In this document: positions 1-10,319 of the stretch, in pieces
Numbering within the stretch: position 1 is the stretch's first letter
Layout: each line of letters starts with the position of its first letter
From: Escherichia coli
Lineage (GTDB): Bacteria; Pseudomonadota; Gammaproteobacteria; Enterobacterales; Enterobacteriaceae
Length of the DNA stretch: 64,000 nucleotides
Reading direction: 5' to 3' (one strand)
Assembly (NCBI RefSeq): GCF_011045215.1
Contig: NZ_CP049201.1
Program-made: the position numbers and the translations under genes
The notes under the pieces: model-generated
What the model was told of the DNA's origin: nothing
The model's database searches: none
Seen by the model: only the letters and a program-made list of their open reading frames with translations

Positions 1-255
1 TTTTAGCTCGTCGCTCAGGCGTTCGCTAGCGGCGGCAATTTCCTCAGCAGACACCTTCAGTGCGGTAACCGTGGTTTTATCAAACTTCGCGCTGTATTCC
101 CGCAGGGCGTCATCACCGCGTGCTTTCACGCTATCGAGAATATCGTTAACAGTGCGGGTAATGCTTTCAGAAGCGGAGATCGCCGGGCGCATTAACAGCT
201 GGCGTTGTTGCTCCGCAGTACAGCTATTCCAGTCAATGATTGTGTTAAAGCTCAT
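1..255 (-). CDS. hisD: histidinol dehydrogenase HisD, N-terminal 85 codons only (runs off window start)
   Basis: Minus-strand ATG at 255 translates MSFNTIIDWNSCTAEQQRQLL...; starts 5 nt after the hisG stop, as in the his operon. Confidence 0.9.
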   Translation of the reverse strand, partial: MSFNTIIDWNSCTAEQQRQLLMRPAISASESITRTVNDILDSVKARGDDALREYSAKFDKTTVTALKVSAEEIAAASERLSDELK

Positions 256-260
256 GGCGA

Positions 261-1160
261 TCACTCCATCATCTTCTCAATCGGCAGGACCAGAATTGAA
301 CTGGCACCCAGCGCTTTCAGTTTTTCCATCGTTTCCCAGAACAGGGTTTCACTGCTGACCATGTGCATCGCTACGCGCTGTTGGTCACCCGCCAGCGGCA
401 GAATGGTTGGGCGTTCGGCACCTGGCAGCAGGGCGATGACTTCATCCAGACGTTCGGTCGGTGCGTGCATCATGATGTATTTTGATTCGCGCGCCTGAAT
501 CACACCCTGAATACGGGTCAGCAGTTTGTCGATCAGTTGCTGTTTGGATTCTTCCATTTCGCCATCGCGTTGTATCAGGCAGGCTTTCGAGCGATAGATA
601 ACTTCGACTTCGCGCAGGCCGTTAGCTTCCAGCGTGGCACCGGTGGAAACCAGATCGCAAATCGCATCCGCCAGTCCGGCACGCGGGGCGACTTCAACAG
701 AACCGTTCAGTAAGCAGGATTTAAAACAGATACCTTTCTGGTCGAGATAACGCTTGAGCAGGTGAGGATAAGAGGTGGCGATACGTTTACCGTTTAAGGA
801 GAGCGGGCCATCCCAGGCTTCATCAACCGGCGTTGCCAGTGAAAGTCGGCAGCCGCCGAAATCCAGACGACGCAGGGTAAAGTAGCGTGGATCTTCACCC
901 TGGGCGCGGCGGTTAAGCAGCTCTTCTTCCAGCACGTTTTCGCCGATAATCCCGAGGTCAACCACGCCGTCCATTACCAGACCGGGAATGTCGTCGTCAC
1001 GCACGCGCAGAATATCAATCGGCATGTTTTCTGCCATCGCGATCAGGCGCTGGGTGTGAAGATTGATTTTAATGCCACAGCGCGCCAGCAATTCGCGTGA
1101 GTCATCACTTAAACGGCCGGATTTCTGCATAGCTATGCGTAAACGAGTGTTGTCTGTCAT
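261..1160 (-). CDS. hisG: ATP phosphoribosyltransferase HisG (299 aa)
   Basis: Six-frame ORF 261..1199; internal ATG at 1160 gives [21 protein letters not shown]..., the canonical HisG N-terminus and length. Confidence 0.95.
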   Translation of the reverse strand: MTDNTRLRIAMQKSGRLSDDSRELLARCGIKINLHTQRLIAMAENMPIDILRVRDDDIPGLVMDGVVDLGIIGENVLEEELLNRRAQGEDPRYFTLRRLDFGGCRLSLATPVDEAWDGPLSLNGKRIATSYPHLLKRYLDQKGICFKSCLLNGSVEVAPRAGLADAICDLVSTGATLEANGLREVEVIYRSKACLIQRDGEMEESKQQLIDKLLTRIQGVIQARESKYIMMHAPTERLDEVIALLPGAERPTILPLAGDQQRVAMHMVSSETLFWETMEKLKALGASSILVLPIEKMME

Positions 1161-1205
1161 TTTCTTATTCCTCTTTAAACCTGTCTGAACCGTTATCAAC
1201 CGCGC

Positions 1206-1244
1206 AATAAAAAAGCCCCCGGAAGGTGATCTTCCGGGGGCTTT
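1206..1244 (-). terminator. his operon attenuator terminator hairpin
   Basis: GC-rich inverted repeat GCCCCCGGAAG/CTTCCGGGGGC followed by a U-run on the minus strand, between hisL and hisG. Confidence 0.85.
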
Positions 1245-1305
1245 CTCATGCGTTCATGCACCACTGGAAGATCTGAATGTCTTCCAGCACACATCGCCTG
1301 AAAGA

Positions 1306-1356
1306 CTAGTCAGGATGATGGTGATGATGGTGGTGTTTAAATTGAACGCGTGTCAT
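1306..1356 (-). CDS. hisL: his operon leader peptide (16 aa, seven consecutive His codons)
   Basis: Reverse complement reads ATGACACGCGTTCAATTTAAACACCACCATCATCACCATCATCCTGACTAG = MTRVQFKHHHHHHHPD*. Confidence 0.95.
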   Translation of the reverse strand: MTRVQFKHHHHHHHPD

Positions 1357-1580
1357 AAAAGTCTCTGTGAATGTTTATTCAACTGATGTCTTTTAACCTA
1401 AACCACTTTCACGTTAGAAAGCAAGGGCTTTTTTATATATTTTATTGCAATGGATTTGTTTAATGAATGAGCGGGGAAAGGAGGGGGCCTGGAGTGACTA
1501 CGTTAGAAAAGTAATCGTGAAAATATGTCTTTAAAACCCTCAAGAACATTGTGGTCTGTAACTAAAGTGGGCTTTGTTCC

Positions 1581-1679
1581 TGCCGGATGCGGCGTGAATG
1601 CCTTATCAGGTCTACAAATGTTGCCTAAATTCAATATATTGATGTTTTGTAGGACTGATAAGCGGAGCGCATCAGGCAA
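1581..1679. repeat. pair of inverted REP (repetitive extragenic palindrome) units
   Basis: GCCGGATGCGGCGTGAATGCCTTATCAGGTCTACA and inverted partner TGTAGGACTGATAAGCGGAGCGCATCAGGCAA; classic REP consensus. Confidence 0.7.
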
Positions 1680-1781
1680 TGGTATATTTGCTAACAGTTT
1701 CGATTTCATTCATAGAATGAATTGTCAGTTTTGATACGCTAGCGTAGCCTTATAGATCTAAGGTGTATCAGGAGATAACGG

Positions 1782-2606
1782 ATGAAAAAGGTCGCAATTG
1801 TCGGGTTAGGGTGGTTAGGCATGCCGCTGGCGATGTCACTTTCAGCGCGAGGCTGGCAAGTCACCGGGAGTAAAACCACACAAGATGGTGTCGAAGCGGC
1901 CCGAATGAGTGGCATTGATAGCTATCTGCTTCGCATGGAGCCTGAGCTAGTTTGCGATTCTGACGATCTGGATGCCCTGATGGATGCCGACGCGCTGGTC
2001 ATTACGCTTCCGGCACGTCGTAGCGGCCCCGGCGATGAGTTCTATTTACAAGCGGTACAAGAGTTAGTGGATAGCGCGCTGGCCCATCGTATTCCCCGCA
2101 TTATTTTCACCAGCTCAACATCTGTCTATGGCGACGCGCAAGGCACGGTGAAAGAAACCACCCCGCGTAATCCGGTGACCAACAGTGGACGAGTATTAGA
2201 AGAACTCGAAGACTGGCTGCACAATTTACCCGGTACTTCGGTCGATATTCTGCGTCTTGCGGGGCTGGTCGGACCGGGACGTCATCCCGGACGCTTCTTT
2301 GCCGGAAAAACCGCGCCTGATGGTGAACATGGTGTTAATTTAGTCCATTTAGAAGATGTTATTGGCGCTATCACTCTGTTGTTACAGGCACCTAAAGGCG
2401 GACACATCTATAATATATGTGCGCCAGCTCACCCTGCGCGTAATGTTTTCTATCCGCAGATGGCCCGTTTACTGGGGCTGGAGCCTCCGCAGTTCAGAAA
2501 TAGTCTGGACAGCGGCAAAGGTAAGATTATTGATGGCAGTCGGATTTGTAATGAACTGGGATTTGAATACCAGTATCCCGATCCGCTGGTAATGCCGCTG
2601 GAGTAA
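1782..2606 (+). CDS. yeeZ: NAD(P)-binding epimerase/dehydratase-family protein YeeZ (274 aa)
   Basis: ORF 1782..2606; N-terminal Rossmann motif VAIVGLGWLG; conserved position beside the his operon. Confidence 0.9.
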   Translation: MKKVAIVGLGWLGMPLAMSLSARGWQVTGSKTTQDGVEAARMSGIDSYLLRMEPELVCDSDDLDALMDADALVITLPARRSGPGDEFYLQAVQELVDSALAHRIPRIIFTSSTSVYGDAQGTVKETTPRNPVTNSGRVLEELEDWLHNLPGTSVDILRLAGLVGPGRHPGRFFAGKTAPDGEHGVNLVHLEDVIGAITLLLQAPKGGHIYNICAPAHPARNVFYPQMARLLGLEPPQFRNSLDSGKGKIIDGSRICNELGFEYQYPDPLVMPLE

Positions 2607-2651
2607 ACGATCACGCCAGCAGGACGCCGCATGCACTGCAAGGGGGCGTGT

Positions 2652-3581
2652 ATGAAACCACTGCTGGATGTGTTGATGATCCTCGATGCTTTAGAAAAAG
2701 AAGGCAGTTTTGCGGCGGCGTCGGCCAAACTCTATAAGACGCCGTCCGCTCTGAGTTACACCGTTCACAAGCTGGAAAGCGACCTTAATATTCAATTGCT
2801 TGATCGTAGCGGTCACCGCGCTAAATTCACCCGTACCGGAAAAATGTTATTAGAGAAAGGGCGGGAAGTTCTGCATACCGTGCGAGAACTGGAAAAGCAG
2901 GCGATCAAACTGCATGAAGGCTGGGAAAACGAGCTGGTGATTGGCGTGGACGACACGTTTCCTTTTTCTCTGCTTGCGCCACTGATTGAAGCTTTTTATC
3001 AACATCATAGCGTGACGCGCCTGAAGTTTATCAATGGCGTACTCGGTGGTTCCTGGGATGCCCTGACTCAGGGGCGAGCGGATATTATTGTTGGCGCGAT
3101 GCATGAGCCACCATCTTCCAGTGAGTTTGGTTTTTCACGGTTGGGCGATCTGGAACAAGTCTTTGCGGTCGCGCCTCATCATCCGTTAGCCCTGGAAGAA
3201 GAGCCGTTAAACCGTCGTATTATTAAGCGATATCGGGCGATTGTGGTGGGGGATACTGCGCAGGCAGGCGCTTCTACGGCCTCACAACTTCTCGACGAAC
3301 AAGAAGCCATTACCGTTTTCGATTTTAAAACCAAGCTGGAGCTGCAAATTAGCGGCCTCGGCTGCGGCTATTTACCCCGTTATCTGGCACAACGTTTTCT
3401 CGATAGTGGCGCGTTAATAGAGAAGAAAGTGGTCGCCCAAACTCTCTTTGAACCCGTCTGGATTGGCTGGAACGAACAGACCGCAGGGCTTGCCAGCGGC
3501 TGGTGGCGGGATGAAATTTTAGCAAATAGTGCGATCGTCGGTGTTTATGCAAAATCTGATGACGGAAAATCAGCCATTTAA
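2652..3581 (+). CDS. yeeY: LysR-family transcriptional regulator YeeY (309 aa)
   Basis: ORF 2631..3581; internal ATG at 2652 gives MKPLLDVLMILDALEKEGSFAAASAKL... with an N-terminal LysR helix-turn-helix. Confidence 0.9.
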   Translation: MKPLLDVLMILDALEKEGSFAAASAKLYKTPSALSYTVHKLESDLNIQLLDRSGHRAKFTRTGKMLLEKGREVLHTVRELEKQAIKLHEGWENELVIGVDDTFPFSLLAPLIEAFYQHHSVTRLKFINGVLGGSWDALTQGRADIIVGAMHEPPSSSEFGFSRLGDLEQVFAVAPHHPLALEEEPLNRRIIKRYRAIVVGDTAQAGASTASQLLDEQEAITVFDFKTKLELQISGLGCGYLPRYLAQRFLDSGALIEKKVVAQTLFEPVWIGWNEQTAGLASGWWRDEILANSAIVGVYAKSDDGKSAI

Positions 3582-3664
3582 AGAAAAATTATTATGACAA
3601 GCCTCTCATTCTCTTGTCATTTCCCCCCCATTTAGGCACAATGCGCCGCTGTCAAAAAATGACT

Positions 3665-3700
3665 AAAAACCGACGTTTCATCAGCGTCGGTTATTTTTTG
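3665..3700 (+). terminator. rho-independent terminator downstream of yeeY
   Basis: Hairpin AACCGACG...CGTCGGTT followed by ATTTTTTG. Confidence 0.6.
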
Positions 3701-3847
3701 CTTCAAACCAATCATTCATACCAAGAGGCCGGGCTTCGTACCGGATAGATATTTACTAAAAATCGACAGTTGTTGTCGCTGAGGAATCCAAAAAAATGGG
3801 GCAATTTTTTGCTTACGCGACGGTTATCACCGTAAAGGAGAATGACC

Positions 3848-5206
3848 ATGTCGCATAACGTTACTCCAAACACCTCTCGCGTGGAATTGCGTAAAACGCT
3901 TACGTTAGTTCCGGTTGTAATGATGGGTCTTGCCTATATGCAGCCGATGACGCTGTTTGATACTTTTGGTATCGTTTCAGGCCTCACGGATGGTCATGTG
4001 CCGACAGCCTATGCGTTCGCATTGATTGCGATCCTGTTTACGGCTCTGAGCTACGGGAAGCTGGTTCGCCGCTATCCTTCTGCTGGCTCTGCATACACTT
4101 ACGCCCAGAAATCCATTAGCCCGACGGTTGGCTTTATGGTGGGTTGGTCTTCTCTGCTCGACTATCTGTTCGCGCCGATGATCAACATTCTGCTGGCGAA
4201 AATTTATTTTGAAGCTCTGGTGCCTTCCATCCCATCGTGGATGTTTGTGGTGGCGCTGGTGGCCTTTATGACCGCCTTTAACCTGCGTAGTCTGAAATCC
4301 GTAGCGAACTTCAACACTGTAATCGTCGTGTTGCAGGTAGTGCTGATCGCGGTGATTCTGGGCATGGTTGTTTATGGCGTATTTGAAGGTGAAGGCGCTG
4401 GTACGCTGGCGAGCACTCGTCCGTTCTGGTCTGGCGATGCGCATGTTATCCCGATGATTACCGGGGCGACAATCCTGTGCTTCTCCTTTACCGGCTTTGA
4501 CGGCATCAGCAACCTGTCGGAAGAAACCAAAGATGCAGAGCGCGTAATCCCGCGTGCGATTTTCCTGACCGCGCTGATTGGCGGCATGATCTTCATCTTT
4601 GCAACTTACTTCCTGCAGCTGTACTTCCCGGATATCTCTCGCTTTAAAGATCCGGATGCGTCACAGCCTGAAATCATGCTGTACGTGGCAGGTAAAGCAT
4701 TCCAGGTTGGTGCGCTGATCTTCTCCACCATTACCGTACTGGCGTCCGGTATGGCGGCGCACGCAGGTGTTGCGCGTCTGATGTACGTAATGGGTCGTGA
4801 CGGCGTATTCCCGAAAAGCTTCTTCGGTTATGTACACCCGAAATGGCGTACTCCGGCAATGAACATCATCCTGGTTGGCGCGATTGCCCTGCTGGCAATC
4901 AACTTCGACCTGGTAATGGCTACGGCGCTGATTAACTTTGGTGCGTTGGTGGCGTTCACCTTCGTTAACCTGTCGGTCATCTCGCAGTTCTGGATCCGTG
5001 AGAAGCGTAACAAGACGCTGAAAGATCACTTCCAGTATCTGTTCCTGCCGATGTGTGGTGCGCTGACCGTTGGTGCGCTGTGGGTTAACCTGGAAGAAAG
5101 CTCAATGGTTCTGGGTCTGATCTGGGCTGCTATCGGTCTGATTTACCTGGCTTGCGTCACCAAGAGCTTCCGTAACCCGGTTCCGCAGTACGAAGACGTA
5201 GCATAA
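3848..5206 (+). CDS. plaP: putrescine importer PlaP (APC-family permease, 452 aa)
   Basis: ORF 3842..5206; ATG at 3848 gives [16 protein letters not shown]...; multi-helix hydrophobic amino-acid-permease profile. Confidence 0.92.
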   Translation: MSHNVTPNTSRVELRKTLTLVPVVMMGLAYMQPMTLFDTFGIVSGLTDGHVPTAYAFALIAILFTALSYGKLVRRYPSAGSAYTYAQKSISPTVGFMVGWSSLLDYLFAPMINILLAKIYFEALVPSIPSWMFVVALVAFMTAFNLRSLKSVANFNTVIVVLQVVLIAVILGMVVYGVFEGEGAGTLASTRPFWSGDAHVIPMITGATILCFSFTGFDGISNLSEETKDAERVIPRAIFLTALIGGMIFIFATYFLQLYFPDISRFKDPDASQPEIMLYVAGKAFQVGALIFSTITVLASGMAAHAGVARLMYVMGRDGVFPKSFFGYVHPKWRTPAMNIILVGAIALLAINFDLVMATALINFGALVAFTFVNLSVISQFWIREKRNKTLKDHFQYLFLPMCGALTVGALWVNLEESSMVLGLIWAAIGLIYLACVTKSFRNPVPQYEDVA

Positions 5207-5224
5207 TCATCTTTTCTAATAATA

Positions 5225-5268
5225 AACCGGAGTCGAATGAATATTTGGCTCCGGTTTTTTTATTCTTT
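5225..5268 (+). terminator. putative terminator downstream of plaP
   Basis: ACCGGAG...CTCCGGT inverted repeat followed by a run of seven T; the loop is long, so only moderate support. Confidence 0.45.
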
Positions 5269-5384
5269 TTTATCGACATCCTCATTAATAACCATTTGTT
5301 CTAATTTAGAGAATTTGGTTATTGGTCTGCATTCCACCAGTCATGAATAATTTCCTCATTAACATTCATCTGGTTAATTAATTT

Positions 5385-6443
5385 ATGTTTTCAATGATAT
5401 TAAGCGGGCTAATTTGTGGTGCTCTGCTGGGATTTGTCATGCAGCGTGGGCGTTTTTGCCTGACAGGTGGTTTTCGCGATATGTATATCGCGAAAAATAA
5501 TCGCATGTTTTACGCCTTGCTGATTGCAATTTCGGTACAAAGCGTGGGGGTTTTTGCGTTAATTCAGGCGGGCCTACTGACTTACGAAGCCGGGGCGTTC
5601 CCGTGGCTTGGTACTGTTATAGGTGGGTATATCTTCGGGCTGGGAATTGTTCTGGCGGGTGGATGTGCCACCGGGACCTGGTATCGCGCGGGTGAGGGAT
5701 TGATCGGCAGTTGGATCGCGCTTTTCACTTATATGGTGATGAGTGCGGTGATGCGTTCTCCACATGCCAGTGGTTTAAATCAAACCTTGCAGCACTACAG
5801 TACTGAACATAACTCTATTGCTGAGACTTTTAATTTGTCTGTGTGGCCGTTGGTTACCGTTTTGCTGGTGATAACGCTCTTGGTGGTGATGAAAGAGTTG
5901 AAGAAGCCAAAACTCAAAGTCGCGACCTTACCGCCGCGCCGAACCGGGATCGCTCATATTCTGTTTGAAAAACGCTGGCATCCCTTTGTCACTGCTGTAC
6001 TCATCGGTTTGATTGCGCTTTTAGCCTGGCCCCTGAGTGAAGCAACCGGACGCATGTTTGGGTTAGGAATCACTTCCCCAACGGCCAATATTCTGCAATT
6101 TCTGGTCGCGGGTGACGTGAAATACATTAACTGGGGCGTTTTCCTGGTGTTAGGGATCTTCGTGGGGTCATTTATTGCAGCCAAAGCGAGCCGTGAGTTC
6201 CGCGTTCGCGCAGCTGATGCACAAACAACATTACGTAGCGGGTTAGGTGGTGTACTGATGGGCTTCGGTGCCAGTATTGCAGGTGGTTGCTCTATCGGTA
6301 ATGGACTGGTTATGACTGCAATGATGACCTGGCAGGGCTGGATTGGCCTTGTATTTATGATTCTCGGAGTCTGGACTGCGTCCTGGCTTGTGTATGTTCG
6401 ACCGCAGCGTAAGGCGCGACTGGCAACTGCTGCGGCAAATTAA
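5385..6443 (+). CDS. yeeE: YeeE/TsuA-type thiosulfate transporter inner-membrane protein (352 aa)
   Basis: ORF 5385..6443; polytopic membrane protein with conserved Cys-containing motifs; directly precedes yeeD. Confidence 0.9.
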   Translation: MFSMILSGLICGALLGFVMQRGRFCLTGGFRDMYIAKNNRMFYALLIAISVQSVGVFALIQAGLLTYEAGAFPWLGTVIGGYIFGLGIVLAGGCATGTWYRAGEGLIGSWIALFTYMVMSAVMRSPHASGLNQTLQHYSTEHNSIAETFNLSVWPLVTVLLVITLLVVMKELKKPKLKVATLPPRRTGIAHILFEKRWHPFVTAVLIGLIALLAWPLSEATGRMFGLGITSPTANILQFLVAGDVKYINWGVFLVLGIFVGSFIAAKASREFRVRAADAQTTLRSGLGGVLMGFGASIAGGCSIGNGLVMTAMMTWQGWIGLVFMILGVWTASWLVYVRPQRKARLATAAAN

Positions 6444-6456
6444 GTAAGGTGTAAAG

Positions 6457-6684
6457 ATGGCGATTAAAAAGCTGGATGTGGTGACGCAGGTCTGTCCGTT
6501 TCCACTCATAGAAGCAAAAGCAGCACTGGCAGAAATGGCCAGCGGCGATGAGTTGGTAATTGAGTTTGATTGCACCCAGGCAACTGAAGCAATCCCACAG
6601 TGGGCGGCAGAAGAAGGGCATGCCATCACCGATTATCAGCAGATTGGCGATGCAGCGTGGAGTATCACCGTTCAAAAAGCCTGA
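6457..6684 (+). CDS. yeeD: TusA-like sulfurtransferase YeeD/TsuB (75 aa)
   Basis: ORF 6457..6684; CPFP motif of the TusA family (VTQVCPFPLIEAKAAL). Confidence 0.9.
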   Translation: MAIKKLDVVTQVCPFPLIEAKAALAEMASGDELVIEFDCTQATEAIPQWAAEEGHAITDYQQIGDAAWSITVQKA

Positions 6685-6696
6685 CTCAACATTGAC

Positions 6697-6720
6697 CTCC
6701 GCCGTACCAGCGGCGGAGGC
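6697..6720. terminator. bidirectional terminator between convergent yeeD and sbcB
   Basis: Perfect palindrome CCTCCGCCG-taccag-CGGCGGAGG. Confidence 0.7.
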
Positions 6721-6726
6721 TTCAAA

Positions 6727-8154
6727 TTAGACGATCTCTTCCGCGTACTGCCAAAGCGCTTTTAACAGCGCCACTTTCTCTTTGTTATCGGCATATTGTT
6801 GTGCCAGCATCTGCAATTCATCTGCATAACCTTGTAAAAACTCGGGCGTGAAGACCTGGCGGCGGTGCTCCAGCCAGCGTTGCTGCTCGGCATAATCCAG
6901 CGTCCCCGGGAAGTTGCGTGCCCGATAATTGAACAACAGTTTTTCAATTCGTTTATCAACAAAAGTGATATCCAGTGCCGGTAAATTACGCGGCTCGGTT
7001 TCCAGCACAATTTTCATTGCTGCGCGATCGGCGTCACTGAAAAAGCCGTTATAAAGCTGTGCATCCACGTTATCTGAAGGCGTAAACGGTTCGGCTTCCG
7101 CGAATATCGCCACCACTTTTTCACGCACTTGCGGATTTTCACGCAGAATTTTCAGGTTATCGAGGCAATGCTGACGATTAATTCCCAGTCGGTCGGCATC
7201 TTCCGGGCGTAGCGTATTCGCCTGGGCCAGCACCGGACATTTATTGATGTGCACCAGCTTAACCGGAACGGCGGCGTTATCGCCAAGATCGGTTTTTGCG
7301 GTATATAAACGCTCGCGCAATGTGTCGCTATCCAGTTCCAGTAATGGCGAAATGTCTCCTGCCAAATCCACCATAATTATGGCATTGCGATTTTCAGGAT
7401 GCCACGCCAGCGGTGCCACCCAGCTGGTGTTGCCGCGCCATGCCCCAAACATTCCGGAAACGTGCACCAGGGGTTTCATCTGCGGAACATCAATCAACGC
7501 CATCAGTTTGTGTTTATTGCGATGGGTAAAGAGATAATCAAACAGGCGTGGCTGACGCGTTTTTACCAGCTTTGCCATCGCAATAGTGGCGTACACATCA
7601 GCCATAGCATCGTGGGCGTTGCTATGTTCAATACCATTCGCTTTGGTTAAATGCTCAAGGCGAAAGCTCGGTAGACCGTCATCATTTTCAGGCCAGTTTA
7701 TTCCTTCCGGGCGCAGGGCATAACAGGCACGCATAACATCCAGCAAATCCCAGCGCGAGTTATCATGCTGCCAGCTCCAGGCGTAAGGATCGTAGAAATT
7801 ACGATAAAAAACGTTGCGTGTGACTTCGTCGTCGAAACGCACATTGTTGTAGCCCAGAATACAGGTCTTCGGTACGTTAAAAAGCGAGTGAATACGGGCG
7901 GCAAACGCGGCTTCGTTTTCTCCTTTCGCCCGTGCTTCCTGCGGGGTAATACCGGTAATTAATACTGCTCCAGGCTGGGGCAAATAGTCATCCGCGGGCT
8001 TGCAGTAAAAGACTTCGGGTTCGCCGATGACATTGAATTCGCTATCGGTGCGAATGGCTGCGAACTGTGCAGGGCGATCTAACGCGGGGTGCGTGCCAAA
8101 GGTTTCGTAATCGTGAAACAAAAAGGTAGATTGTTGCTTACCGTCATTCATCAT
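6727..8154 (-). CDS. sbcB: exodeoxyribonuclease I SbcB (475 aa)
   Basis: ORF 6727..8202; internal ATG at 8154 gives MMNDGKQQSTFLFHDYETFGTHPALDRPAQFAAIRTD..., the DnaQ-like exonuclease fold. Confidence 0.93.
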   Translation of the reverse strand: MMNDGKQQSTFLFHDYETFGTHPALDRPAQFAAIRTDSEFNVIGEPEVFYCKPADDYLPQPGAVLITGITPQEARAKGENEAAFAARIHSLFNVPKTCILGYNNVRFDDEVTRNVFYRNFYDPYAWSWQHDNSRWDLLDVMRACYALRPEGINWPENDDGLPSFRLEHLTKANGIEHSNAHDAMADVYATIAMAKLVKTRQPRLFDYLFTHRNKHKLMALIDVPQMKPLVHVSGMFGAWRGNTSWVAPLAWHPENRNAIIMVDLAGDISPLLELDSDTLRERLYTAKTDLGDNAAVPVKLVHINKCPVLAQANTLRPEDADRLGINRQHCLDNLKILRENPQVREKVVAIFAEAEPFTPSDNVDAQLYNGFFSDADRAAMKIVLETEPRNLPALDITFVDKRIEKLLFNYRARNFPGTLDYAEQQRWLEHRRQVFTPEFLQGYADELQMLAQQYADNKEKVALLKALWQYAEEIV

Positions 8155-8362
8155 TAGGTTAAATCCGTTATTTCTGCTGTCTGCCAGAGTATCAAATATC
8201 ACCGTGCTAATCAGCTTTAGCGCGACAATTTGACAGCGAGTAGCAACAGATCATGTCAGATGAAAATGAGAGGGTAGTCACATTTTCTTGCACTTTATTC
8301 CAGCCAGTTCATAAGTATTTCCGTAAAAAGAACAGCTATTTGAAACTCCTGAGGGTTTGCTG

Positions 8363-9529
8363 TTGAAACGCCGTCTTATTATTGCTGCTTCTTTGTTCGT
8401 TTTTAACTTATCGTCTGGTTTTGCGGCGGAAAACATTCCTTTTTCACCTCAGCCTCCAGAGATTCATGCCGGGTCCTGGGTACTGATGGATTACACCACC
8501 GGACAGATCCTCACCGCGGGTAATGAGCATCAACAGCGCAATCCCGCCAGCCTGACAAAGCTGATGACGGGCTATGTCGTGGATCGCGCTATCGATAGTC
8601 ATCGCATTACGCCAGACGATATTGTCACCGTGGGGCGCGATGCGTGGGCGAAAGATAATCCGGTGTTTGTCGGTTCTTCACTGATGTTTTTGAAAGAGGG
8701 CGATCGCGTATCGGTACGTGATTTAAGCCGTGGTTTAATTGTGGATTCCGGAAATGACGCTTGTGTTGCATTGGCTGACTATATTGCCGGTGGGCAACGG
8801 CAGTTTGTTGAAATGATGAACAACTATGCCGAGAAGCTGCATCTCAAGGATACGCATTTTGAAACAGTGCATGGCCTGGATGCGCCAGGTCAGCATAGCT
8901 CGGCTTATGATTTAGCTGTGCTTTCTCGTGCTATCATCCACGGCGAGCCCGAGTTTTATCATATGTACAGTGAGAAAAGCCTCACCTGGAACGGTATCAC
9001 CCAGCAAAACCGTAACGGGTTATTGTGGGATAAAACCATGAATATTGACGGCCTGAAAACGGGTCATACTTCTGGTGCCGGGTTTAATCTCATTGCTTCG
9101 GCTGTAGATGGGCAGCGTCGTCTCATTGCAGTGGTAATGGGGGCTGACAGCGCAAAAGGTCGTGAGGAAGAGGCAAGAAAATTACTGCGTTGGGGGCAAC
9201 AAAACTTTACTACGGTGCAAATTTTGCACCGTGGGAAAAAGGTCGGTACGGAACGCATCTGGTATGGCGATAAAGAAAATATCGCCCTGGGAACAGAACA
9301 AGAGTTCTGGATGGTACTACCGAAAGCCGAAATTCCACATATCAAAGCCAAATATACCCTTGATGGTAAAGAACTCACCGCGCCAATTAGCGCCCATCAG
9401 CGGGTAGGGGAAATTGAACTTTACGACCGTGATAAACAGGTGGCGCACTGGCCGCTGGTTACCCTGGAATCTGTCGGGGAAGGCAGCATGTTTTCTCGCC
9501 TTAGTGATTATTTCCACCATAAGGCCTGA
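8363..9529 (+). CDS. dacD: D-alanyl-D-alanine carboxypeptidase DacD (PBP6b); TTG start, alternative TTG at 8357
   Basis: ORF 8357..9529; signal peptide then SXXK (ASLTKLM), SGN and KTG motifs of class-C low-molecular-weight PBPs. Confidence 0.9.
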   Translation: MKRRLIIAASLFVFNLSSGFAAENIPFSPQPPEIHAGSWVLMDYTTGQILTAGNEHQQRNPASLTKLMTGYVVDRAIDSHRITPDDIVTVGRDAWAKDNPVFVGSSLMFLKEGDRVSVRDLSRGLIVDSGNDACVALADYIAGGQRQFVEMMNNYAEKLHLKDTHFETVHGLDAPGQHSSAYDLAVLSRAIIHGEPEFYHMYSEKSLTWNGITQQNRNGLLWDKTMNIDGLKTGHTSGAGFNLIASAVDGQRRLIAVVMGADSAKGREEEARKLLRWGQQNFTTVQILHRGKKVGTERIWYGDKENIALGTEQEFWMVLPKAEIPHIKAKYTLDGKELTAPISAHQRVGEIELYDRDKQVAHWPLVTLESVGEGSMFSRLSDYFHHKA

Positions 9530-9647
9530 CCTTTCTTTTGCAGCAGACTGGCAGGAGTGCGAGTCTGCTCGCATAATCAACACTCATTCCTTGTGGTTTT
9601 AATATTGCAACTATACTGTATATAAAAACAGTATTAATGGAGGCGTC

Positions 9648-10121
9648 ATGAACTACGAGATTAAGCAGGAAGAGAAACGTACCGTTGCAGGTTTCCATCT
9701 CGTTGGCCCGTGGGAACAGACGGTAAAGAAAGGCTTTGAGCAGTTGATGATGTGGGTAGATAGCAAAAATATTGTGCCGAAGGAGTGGGTTGCTGTCTAT
9801 TACGACAATCCAGATGAAACACCCGCCGAAAAATTACGCTGCGACACCGTCGTGACGGTGCCGGGTTACTTTACGCTTCCCGAAAACAGTGAGGGCGTCA
9901 TTTTGACAGAAATTTCAGGTGGTCAGTATGCGGTGGCGGTAGCTCGTGTAGTCGGTGATGATTTTGCTAAACCCTGGTATCAGTTCTTTAATAGCCTCTT
10001 GCAGGACAGTGCTTATGAAATGTTACCAAAGCCCTGCTTCGAGGTTTATTTGAACAATGGCGCGGAAGATGGGTACTGGGATATCGAAATGTATGTTGCG
10101 GTGCAGCCAAAACATCACTAA
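9648..10121 (+). CDS. sbmC: DNA gyrase inhibitor SbmC/GyrI (157 aa)
   Basis: ORF 9648..10121, [25 protein letters not shown]...; full-length match to the recalled protein. Confidence 0.92.
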   Translation: MNYEIKQEEKRTVAGFHLVGPWEQTVKKGFEQLMMWVDSKNIVPKEWVAVYYDNPDETPAEKLRCDTVVTVPGYFTLPENSEGVILTEISGGQYAVAVARVVGDDFAKPWYQFFNSLLQDSAYEMLPKPCFEVYLNNGAEDGYWDIEMYVAVQPKHH

Positions 10122-10319
10122 TTCATCTCAGGGCGGTGTGTTGACGCGATGACCACTCTTTTTTTTGAAAGCGAAAAGAGTAAGATGCGCCTTTCAATTT
10201 TTTCGCTCCTGCCGGGAAATTACACTGTTCCCGGTTTGTCCGTCGGATAATTCAGAGGCGCGCCTTCTGGCCGACAGATGAGTTATGAGCGCTTTTAATC
10301 TTCATTACGGAGTTTCTGC

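Noticed and set aside
71-498. Two overlapping plus-strand ORFs of 95 and 97 codons
   Set aside because: Antisense to hisD and hisG
3977-5029. Minus-strand ORFs of 61-155 codons
   Set aside because: Antisense to the plaP permease gene; arginine- and histidine-rich composition typical of antisense frames
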